From positions 32,001 to 96,000 of the forward strand of contig CAXXNO010000006.1 in the NCBI GenBank assembly GCA_963663235.2: DNA of 64,000 nucleotides, in the 5' to 3' direction. The DNA is from Dehalococcoidia bacterium. GTDB lineage: Bacteria > Chloroflexota > Dehalococcoidia > Bin125. Below are positions 57,435-64,000 of the stretch, one piece after another. The notes below the pieces were generated by a model. The model ran no database searches, had not been told where the DNA came from, and saw only the letters and a list, made by a program, of their open reading frames with translations. Position 1 is the stretch's first letter. Each line of letters opens with the position of its first letter. Both the position numbers and the translations under genes were made by a program.

Positions 57435-59102
57435 TCAAACCTCTACAGCCACCGGCAATACCATAGGGCGTTGTCGCGTTTCGCGGTACAGGAAGGCGGA
57501 GATGCTCTTCTTGAGGGAGTCTTGGAGGACGCTCCACTCCACCGGGTGGTCTTCCCCTGACAGCGTGTTGCGCACCCGTTCGACCGTGCGGTCACGGAGC
57601 TCGGAATCCTCTTCGACGCCGGCGAAACCGCGGAAGACGACGTCGATTTGGCCCATCACTTTGCCGGTGCGGTGGTCAATGGGCACGACGATGACCACCA
57701 TTCCCTCCGTCGCGAGGTGGAGCCGGTCGCGGAGGACGGTGTGGTCGACGCCGCCGACCGTCAGGCCGTCGACGTAGACGTACGAGGCCGGCGCGCGGCC
57801 GAGCACCTCACTGTCATCGGGCGTCAATTGCAGGATGTCGCCATCCAGCAGGAGGTGACAGTTATCCGGCGGTACGCCCATGGTGACGGCAAGCCGCACG
57901 TGCTGAGCCAAGTGTCGATATTCACCATGTACCGGCACGAAGTGTTGGGGCCGCGTGAGGCTCAGCACGGTCTTGAGCTCTTCTTGGGCGGCGTGTCCCC
58001 GGACGTGTACGTTCTCGTCGCCGCCGCCCACGTAGCGCACATCGGCGTCCAACTGGAAGAGGTTATTGATCGTGCGGTTGACGGCGGCCTCGTTGCCCGG
58101 GATGGGGCTGGAGGAAAGCACGACGGTGTCGCCGGGCTTGATGGTCACGTCGCGGTGGTCGCGCGTCGCCATCAGAGAGAGGGCCGACATCGGTTCTCCC
58201 TGGGCGCCCGTGCACACGATCACGACATCGGGATCGTCGAAGCCGCCGAGTTGTCCGATATCGCGGAGCCCTTGTTCGCCGGTGGTGATGTATCCGAACT
58301 CACGGGCCATGCGCGAGTTTTGCACCATCGAGCGGCCGGTGACGAAGACCGTGCGGTCCGCGGCCGCGGCGCCGTCGATGATTTGCTGGAGCCGGGCGAT
58401 CTGAGAAGCGAAGGTGGCGATGATCACGCGTCCCGGGGCGGTGAACATGATCTGCATCAGCGCTTCGCCCACCAATTGCTCCGAGGGCGTGTGGCCGCGA
58501 TGGTCCGCATAGGTGGAGTCGCTGAGAAGGAGGCGGACTCCTTCCTGTCCGTATGCCGCCAAGCGGCCAAGGTCGGTGGGGACGCTCATCACCGGCGTGT
58601 GGTCAATCTTGAAGTCGCCGGTGTGGACGATAAGCCCAGCCGGAGTGCGTAGCGCGAGCCCCAGGGCGTCCGGAATCGAATGGGCCACGGCGAAGTATTC
58701 CACCTGGATGCTGCCGAAATCGCTGACGGAGTCGGGAGTGATCGTGATCAGTTCGGCGTCCCGGATGCGGGCCTCGCGCAACTTGACGCTCATCAACCCC
58801 TGAGCCAGCCGTGAGGCGTAGACGGGCGCTGGGAGGTCGGGCAGGACGTAGGGCAGCGCACCGATGTGGTCTTCGTGCCCGTGGGTAATGACGTAGGCGC
58901 GCAGTTTGTGTCGCCGCTCCTGCAAGTAGGAGACGTCGGGGATGATTAGGTCGACGCCCAGCGCCTCGGCGGGGGGGAACATGATCCCGGCGTCGATCAC
59001 GATGATGTCTGAGGCGCTCTCCACGACCATCATGTTGCGGCCGATGTCCCCCAGGCCGCCCAGTGGGATGAGGCGCAGGCTGTCGGCGGGGGTGTCGGGC
59101 AT
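57435..59102 (-). CDS. rnj: Ribonuclease J
   Basis: PLGGLGDIGRNM, THGHEDHIG, HSIPD, HTGDFK, TGAQGEP, PVHGEYRH. Confidence 0.96.
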   Translation of the reverse strand: MPDTPADSLRLIPLGGLGDIGRNMMVVESASDIIVIDAGIMFPPAEALGVDLIIPDVSYLQERRHKLRAYVITHGHEDHIGALPYVLPDLPAPVYASRLAQGLMSVKLREARIRDAELITITPDSVSDFGSIQVEYFAVAHSIPDALGLALRTPAGLIVHTGDFKIDHTPVMSVPTDLGRLAAYGQEGVRLLLSDSTYADHRGHTPSEQLVGEALMQIMFTAPGRVIIATFASQIARLQQIIDGAAAADRTVFVTGRSMVQNSRMAREFGYITTGEQGLRDIGQLGGFDDPDVVIVCTGAQGEPMSALSLMATRDHRDVTIKPGDTVVLSSSPIPGNEAAVNRTINNLFQLDADVRYVGGGDENVHVRGHAAQEELKTVLSLTRPQHFVPVHGEYRHLAQHVRLAVTMGVPPDNCHLLLDGDILQLTPDDSEVLGRAPASYVYVDGLTVGGVDHTVLRDRLHLATEGMVVIVVPIDHRTGKVMGQIDVVFRGFAGVEEDSELRDRTVERVRNTLSGEDHPVEWSVLQDSLKKSISAFLYRETRQRPMVLPVAVEV

Positions 59103-59117
59103 GGGCGTCCGGACCGT

Positions 59118-59747
59118 CTAGAGGAGTTGCAGTTGGGAAGCGCTGGGTTGATCAGCGGCGGCGGCGGGCGCGCCGCTGGCAGCGGCCGGGCGCTCGGCGG
59201 CGGCGACGATCTCTGGGATGCGGCGGAAATCGTCGCGGAGCACCTGGGCCAGCGACGCCTGGCGGAGCGCAGCCGCTGGGTGATAGACGGGATAGAGGAG
59301 GTAGGGATCTACGCGGGTCGCTTGCCCGTGGGTGCGGGAGATGGAGGCGGTGGGCAGGAAGTAGTTCATGGCGAACCGCCCCAGTGTGACGATGAGCTTC
59401 GGCCGGACGCCGCTGATCTGCTCGCGCAGGAACGGTTCGCAGCTGGCGATCTCGTTGGGCAGAGGGTCGCGATTGCCCGGTGGACGGCACTTGACCACGT
59501 TGGTGACGAAGACGTCGGCGCGAGTGAGCCCGATCCCGTCCAAAAGCTGATCCAGGAGGCGCCCCGCCTGGCCGACAAAAGGGCGGCCCTGCTGGTCCTC
59601 GTGGAAGCCGGGCCCTTCCCCGATGAACATGATCTCCGCGTCCGGGTCGCCGTCGCCGGGGACGGTCTGAGTGCGGTCGCGGTGCAGCCCGCAGGCGGTG
59701 CAGGGGGCGATGCGCGCATTCAGATCGGCAAGGTCAGCAGGATTCAT
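59118..59747 (-). CDS. udg: Uracil-DNA glycosylase family 4 (Fe-S)
   Basis: [39 protein letters not shown]. Alternative start at 59834. Confidence 0.93.
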   Translation of the reverse strand: MNPADLADLNARIAPCTACGLHRDRTQTVPGDGDPDAEIMFIGEGPGFHEDQQGRPFVGQAGRLLDQLLDGIGLTRADVFVTNVVKCRPPGNRDPLPNEIASCEPFLREQISGVRPKLIVTLGRFAMNYFLPTASISRTHGQATRVDPYLLYPVYHPAAALRQASLAQVLRDDFRRIPEIVAAAERPAAASGAPAAAADQPSASQLQLL

Positions 59748-59908
59748 CGGCGCCTTCCGCACTCGGCGGGGTGGTTCCTCGCGCGTCGCCAGCCCGCCGG
59801 TTTCCCGCCGGCTTGCCCAAGGGCGATCGCCCATCTCGGTAAAGACTATCAGGCAACCGCGTCAGCGATGCGCCGCACTATGTCGCCGTTATCCGGGTCA
59901 GGTCGCGG

Positions 59909-60703
59909 TTATGGCTGTTCGACGCCGGCCTTGTGCCGCTCCACGAGCCTGACGAGGACGATGCCCAATGCATACAGACCGATCAGCGGCACTGCCACCG
60001 CGGCTTGCGTGATCGGATCGACCGAAGGGGTGATGAAGGCCGCGAGCACGAATGATCCGATAATCGCCCAGCGCCAGGTCCGAATCAGGCGGCCGGAGGT
60101 GACCAGACCCATGTAGCCGAGTCCCATGAGGACCAACGGCGTTTCAAACACCACGCCGGTCCAGAACATGAACCGCGTGAGTTTGCTGATGTAGTCGTTG
60201 ATCCGGATCTCGGCGCGGGCGACGTCGGTCCCGAAGTTGAGGAGAAACTCCAGGGCCGGCGGCCAGGCCACGTAATAGGCGAAGGAGGCGCCACCGGCGA
60301 AGGCGACGGTGGCCAGCGCGATGATCGGCAGAATCCAGCGGCGCTCTTGCGATGTGAGCGCGGGATTGAGGTACATGACTGCTTGGTAGAGGATCATCGG
60401 CATGGCCCCCGCGATGCCGATGAGCAGCCCGACTTTGATGTACGCCCCGAAGAAGCCCAAGAGCTCGGTGAAGATGGGCTGAAAGTCCGGGTCGGCGTCT
60501 CGAGCGGGACCGGTCAGGTATTCGATCACATCCTGGGCGAAGACCAAGGCGACCACGGTCGTGAGCACCAGCGTCAGGGCGGCGATAGTCAGGCGTTGGC
60601 GGAGCTCCCGGAGGTGCTCGATAACGCTGACGACCTTATCGCCGCGTTGGAGGGCCTCTATCGCCTCGGGGTCGTCGCCGGCCGGGTCGAGTTGTGTCGC
60701 CAT
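59909..60703 (-). CDS. tatC: Twin-arginine translocase TatC
   Basis: EHLRELRQRL, PAL...E, FETP, AAFITP..D. Confidence 0.94.
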   Translation of the reverse strand: MATQLDPAGDDPEAIEALQRGDKVVSVIEHLRELRQRLTIAALTLVLTTVVALVFAQDVIEYLTGPARDADPDFQPIFTELLGFFGAYIKVGLLIGIAGAMPMILYQAVMYLNPALTSQERRWILPIIALATVAFAGGASFAYYVAWPPALEFLLNFGTDVARAEIRINDYISKLTRFMFWTGVVFETPLVLMGLGYMGLVTSGRLIRTWRWAIIGSFVLAAFITPSVDPITQAAVAVPLIGLYALGIVLVRLVERHKAGVEQP

Positions 60704-60709
60704 CGGCGC

Positions 60710-61204
60710 TTATGAGGTCGGCGGCCGGCGGTTGATGGAGATCACGTTGCTCGGTCGAGCAACCGGCGCGTCGGCGCGTCGGCGGGCGCGCCGACGCGCT
60801 GGAGTCGTCCGAGATGGCGTGGAGGGTTCGGCGGTGGAGCTGGGGGCGGTGGTTGAGCCCGTGGTCGCGGCGGTCGCCTCCGCCTTGGCATCGGCCACCG
60901 CCTCATCCGCGTCCGTGCGGGCTTCCTCCACGGCGCTGCGGATGTCCGCGTCCGCTTCCCGCAACTCCTCCTGAAACTCCCGGTTATCTTGTTGCAGCTC
61001 GTGCCGGATCTCCAAGTAGTCTTCCTTGGCTTCTTCGAAGTCGACCAGGTACTCATCGCGGAAGTCGCGGGCGTATTCCCGCAACTCGCGGACGGCGCGG
61101 CCCATCTGGCTGGCGAGTTGGGGCAGGCGGTGGGGGCCGAAGATGATCGCGGCCAAGAGGAAGACCGCCATGATCTCCATGACCCCGATGCCGAAGATCT
61201 CCAT
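60710..61204 (-). CDS. tatB: Twin-arginine translocase TatA/TatB-family subunit
   Basis: MEIFGIGVMEIMAVFLLAAIIFGPHRLP plus amphipathic helix. AAGGAG RBS. Confidence 0.85.
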   Translation of the reverse strand: MEIFGIGVMEIMAVFLLAAIIFGPHRLPQLASQMGRAVRELREYARDFRDEYLVDFEEAKEDYLEIRHELQQDNREFQEELREADADIRSAVEEARTDADEAVADAKAEATAATTGSTTAPSSTAEPSTPSRTTPARRRARRRADAPVARPSNVISINRRPPTS

Positions 61205-61316
61205 GGGCGCAGCGACTCCTTCTGTAACGATACGCCCGCGGCGAGAGGCTCTCAAGGCCTGCGCGAGCGGCCCGGCGGGGAGAAGGCAGTGGCGGGGCGG
61301 TGTGGAGCCGGCGGGT

Positions 61317-61574
61317 CTACTGGTCCGAGACGCCTTTTTGCTTCAGGAAGTTGATGGCGTCGCCCACGGTGGCGAGCCCTTCGGCCTCTTCGTCGGAGAT
61401 CTCCAGCGAGGGAACTTCCTCTTTGAACTCGTCCTCGAGGGCCATGATCAGTTCGACGAGGTCCAGGGAGTCGGCGCCGAGGTCGTCGATGAACGACGCT
61501 TTCGGCGTGATGGCATCGGCGTCGACGCCCAATTGGTTTTCGATGATCGTGCGAACGCGCTCAAGCAAGGCCAC
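61317..61574 (-). CDS. acpP: Acyl carrier protein
   Basis: [18 protein letters not shown]. Confidence 0.97.
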   Translation of the reverse strand: MALLERVRTIIENQLGVDADAITPKASFIDDLGADSLDLVELIMALEDEFKEEVPSLEISDEEAEGLATVGDAINFLKQKGVSDQ

Positions 61575-62022
61575 GGGGCTCCTCCGTCTCTTGGACTGCC
61601 GCTACGGGCACGGCTACCCGTTCGCGGCTGATTGTTCCGAGGACGCCATTGACGAACCGCCGGCCTCCGTCGCTGCCGTAGGTCTTGGCCAGCTCGACAG
61701 CCTCGTTAATCACGGCGCCGCTGGGAACGGCGGCATTATTGAACAAGAGTTCGTAGAGCGCAATGCGCAGCGCCGTGCGGTCAACCGGGGAGATCTGCGC
61801 TACGGGCCAGGCCGGGGCCGTCTCTTGGATGCAGCGATCAATTTCTTCCCGGTGCGTCTGGGTCTCCGTCACCAGATGCTCCGCGTAGCGCGCCTCTGAG
61901 GAGGACAGGGGCTCGTCGGCCTGGCGCCGGGTGAGCACAGCCATGGCTTCCATGAAACCGAAGTCGGCTTCGAAGAGCGTCTGAAAGGCGCGCAGGCGGC
62001 CCTTGCGGAAGAGGTTCGCCAC
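61561..62022 (-). CDS. nusB: Transcription antitermination factor NusB
   Basis: [40 protein letters not shown]. Confidence 0.95.
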   Translation of the reverse strand: MANLFRKGRLRAFQTLFEADFGFMEAMAVLTRRQADEPLSSSEARYAEHLVTETQTHREEIDRCIQETAPAWPVAQISPVDRTALRIALYELLFNNAAVPSGAVINEAVELAKTYGSDGGRRFVNGVLGTISRERVAVPVAAVQETEEPRGLA

Positions 62023-62048
62023 GAGATTCCTTTTCGAGACCGCACTGG

Positions 62049-62990
62049 CTAGCGGTCGGATCCGATCGACCGTGCGTCACTCAAGTTCACGAGAATGGGC
62101 TGCACCTGCGGTGCGATCCGTTTGACCAGTCCGGTCAACACCATTCCGGGCCCGAATTCGAGGAAGCGGCGCACCCCATGTTCCACCATGAACTCAACCG
62201 AATGCTGCCAGCGAACTGCCTGAGCGACCTGCCGCTTCAGCTCATCGCGGACCGCCTCGACGGAGCGTAGCGCCTCCGCGGTGACGTTGGCGACCAGAGG
62301 CACGTCCGGCTCGCGGAGATCTAAGCGGTCGAGTTCGGGGATCATGGCCGTGGCGACCGGCCGCATCAAGGACGAATGAAACGCCGCGCTGACGCGCAGG
62401 GGCAGGGCGCGCCGGGCGCCGCGCGCCTTGGCGAGGTCGATGGCGCGGACGACCGCGGAGCGGGATCCACCGATCACGATCTGAGTGGCGGCATTGATGT
62501 TGCAGATCTCGGCGCCGGTTTCCCGACAGACGGCCTCCACTTCCTCTTCGTGCAAGCCCATGATGGCGGCCATGGAGCCCGGGTTGGCCCGGCCCGCTTC
62601 TTGCATCAGGCGGCCCCTCTCCTGGACCAAGCGGATGCCGTCTTCTAGGTCCAAGGACCCGGCGGCGATCAGGGCCGTGTACTCGCCAAGGCTGTGCCCG
62701 GCGACGAAGGCCGGCTCCTGGTGCAGATGGGGATTGACCTGCCTGGCGATGGCCAAGCAGACAATACTGGTAACCAGGATGGCCGGCTGCGCGTTGACGG
62801 TCTGGCGCAGGCTGTCTTCGGGGCCCTCAAAGATGATCTGGGAGAGGGGTCGATCCAGGGCCTTGTCGGCGCGTTCAAAGATGCTGCGCGCCTCTGGGTA
62901 GGCTTCCCACAGGTCGCGTCCCATGCCGACTTGTTGCGCGCCCTGTCCGGGGAACAGCCAGGCGCAGTCCGAGGCGGCGACTGGGCTCAC
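62049..62990 (-). CDS. fabD: Malonyl-CoA:ACP transacylase
   Basis: FPGQGAQQVGMG, AGHSLGEY, VSAAFHS, EFGPG. Confidence 0.96.
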   Translation of the reverse strand: MSPVAASDCAWLFPGQGAQQVGMGRDLWEAYPEARSIFERADKALDRPLSQIIFEGPEDSLRQTVNAQPAILVTSIVCLAIARQVNPHLHQEPAFVAGHSLGEYTALIAAGSLDLEDGIRLVQERGRLMQEAGRANPGSMAAIMGLHEEEVEAVCRETGAEICNINAATQIVIGGSRSAVVRAIDLAKARGARRALPLRVSAAFHSSLMRPVATAMIPELDRLDLREPDVPLVANVTAEALRSVEAVRDELKRQVAQAVRWQHSVEFMVEHGVRRFLEFGPGMVLTGLVKRIAPQVQPILVNLSDARSIGSDR

Positions 62991-63178
62991 TCCCCGGCTT
63001 CCTCGACCTTGAGGACTGCCCGCCCTCGATAATTGCCGCAGACATAGCAGACGTGGTGCGCCACGGTCAGCGATCGGCAGGTGCTACAGGTGACGACCGT
63101 CGCACGGCGCTGACGCAGGTGTTGGCGGCGCAAACGCTGCCGCGTCTTGGCGTATTTCCGTTTCGGCAACGGCGCCAT
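62987..63178 (-). CDS. rpmF: 50S ribosomal protein L32
   Basis: MAPLPKRKYAKTR...CSTC...HHVCYVCGNYRG. AGGAG RBS. Confidence 0.93.
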   Translation of the reverse strand: MAPLPKRKYAKTRQRLRRQHLRQRRATVVTCSTCRSLTVAHHVCYVCGNYRGRAVLKVEEAGE

Positions 63179-63207
63179 TGGTGGGCTCCTCTTCTCCGCG
63201 CGCCCGT

Positions 63208-63708
63208 CTACTCCAAGTCGCCTCGCAGCGCCTTGAGCGCCTGCCAGCGGCGGTCGTCGCCGGCCTCGCGTTCCTCGCCGCGCTGGGGGGCAGCGCTGGC
63301 GACGCCCGGACAGGCCGGACCGCAGAGCGGCCGCATTGGTCGCGTCATCTCGCCATATTGGCGCACAGCTTCCGTGAGGTCGAGGATGCCTCCGACAATC
63401 GGGAAACCTTCGCGCTCCTCGGGCACCAGCACTCGCTCCCGTGTGAGCGGCTGATACTCGGGCCAGAACTCCTCGCTGAAAGCGACCTCCAGGCTCACGG
63501 GAACGGGCCGCAGGCAATCGCTGCAGCGCTCTGTGATGGTGGCTCGAAGCCGGGTGGTGGCGAGGATCGAGCCGTCGGTTCGGAGGAGGTCCACGTCGCC
63601 GCTGAGAGTTGTCGCGTGACCGTAGAAGTCGAAGGGCTCCGCAGCCAGCGCGTAGCGGCGACGGCTCCCAATCGGCTGCTGTAACAGGGTGGAGACGTTG
63701 AAGTGCAT
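63208..63708 (-). CDS. YceD/DUF177 protein
   Basis: CSDCL, LDLTEAVRQ, PMRPLCGPACPG, DRRWQALK. Canonical position upstream of rpmF. Confidence 0.9.
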   Translation of the reverse strand: MHFNVSTLLQQPIGSRRRYALAAEPFDFYGHATTLSGDVDLLRTDGSILATTRLRATITERCSDCLRPVPVSLEVAFSEEFWPEYQPLTRERVLVPEEREGFPIVGGILDLTEAVRQYGEMTRPMRPLCGPACPGVASAAPQRGEEREAGDDRRWQALKALRGDLE

Positions 63709-63782
63709 GCTGCTCCCGCCCGGATTGAGCGCTTGCGGGCGGCGGGTTTCACCGTATCAGAGGGGCACGGAGGGGTCGGATC

Positions 63783-63811
63783 TTGCGCCAACGAACATCG
63801 GTTCGTATGCT
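63783..63811 (+). promoter_or_regulatory. Sigma70 promoter with a perfect LexA box in its spacer
   Basis: TTGCGC-17 nt-TATGCT; CGAAC-ATCG-GTTCG at 63792-63805. Confidence 0.8.
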
Positions 63812-63843
63812 CCAGATACCCTAATCGAAGCGGACAAAACGGC

Positions 63844-64000
63844 GTGATCGACGTCGGTGACCTGTCTTACCTCCAAGAGATCGACCTCCAGCTGGACGTC
63901 GTGCAGGATGCACTTCGCGAAGTGGAGGCGCGCTTGGGCGGGAATTCGCTGCTGCCCGCCCTTGAGGCGGAGGCCCAGGCCCAGGCGCAGTTGTTGGACG
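63844..64000 (+). CDS. Probable coiled-coil/C4 zinc-ribbon (DUF164-like) protein, 3' truncated by window
   Basis: MIDVGDLSYLQEIDLQLDVVQDALREVEARLG has the family's L..LQ.ID start. Frame is open to the window end. Confidence 0.6.
   Translation, partial: MIDVGDLSYLQEIDLQLDVVQDALREVEARLGGNSLLPALEAEAQAQAQLLD

Overview
GC-rich bacterial chromosome segment. The gene set and order (alpha2-type GlyRS, translin-like protein, AccD-AccA fusion, nusB-acpP-tatBC, CGAAC-N4-GTTCG SOS boxes) suggest Chloroflexota, probably a peptidoglycan-making Dehalococcoidia-like lineage; this is inference. Most of the window is housekeeping: rpsA, clpC, mreBCD-mrdA-rodA, ligA, hisHA plus a hisF-hisI fusion, rplU-rpmA-rpmE, ftsH, rnhB, hppA, glyQS, uvrA/uvrB, polA, mutM, panBC, surE, yebC-ruvCA, ftsK, rnj, udg, tatBC, acpP, nusB, fabD, rpmF. 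The notable signals are: (1) a small accessory island at about 37.3-39.95 kb, where single genes are bracketed by copies of an ~18-bp motif (best copy GGTAGTGCGTCAGTTTGA) that coincide with gene truncation points, suggesting a non-autonomous gene-cassette system with no recombinase in the window; (2) a panB leader with mutually exclusive terminator/antiterminator folds, plus four 12-bp repeats next to its promoter; (3) an FmdB-type zinc-ribbon gene with an in-frame TGA exactly at a CxxC cysteine (selenoprotein or pseudogene); (4) LexA boxes in front of yebC-ruvCA and a C4 zinc-ribbon gene; (5) several probable leaderless genes; (6) frameshifted mreB and darA. No tRNA, rRNA, CRISPR array or transposase was seen. 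All family calls come from motif recognition by eye, without database searches.
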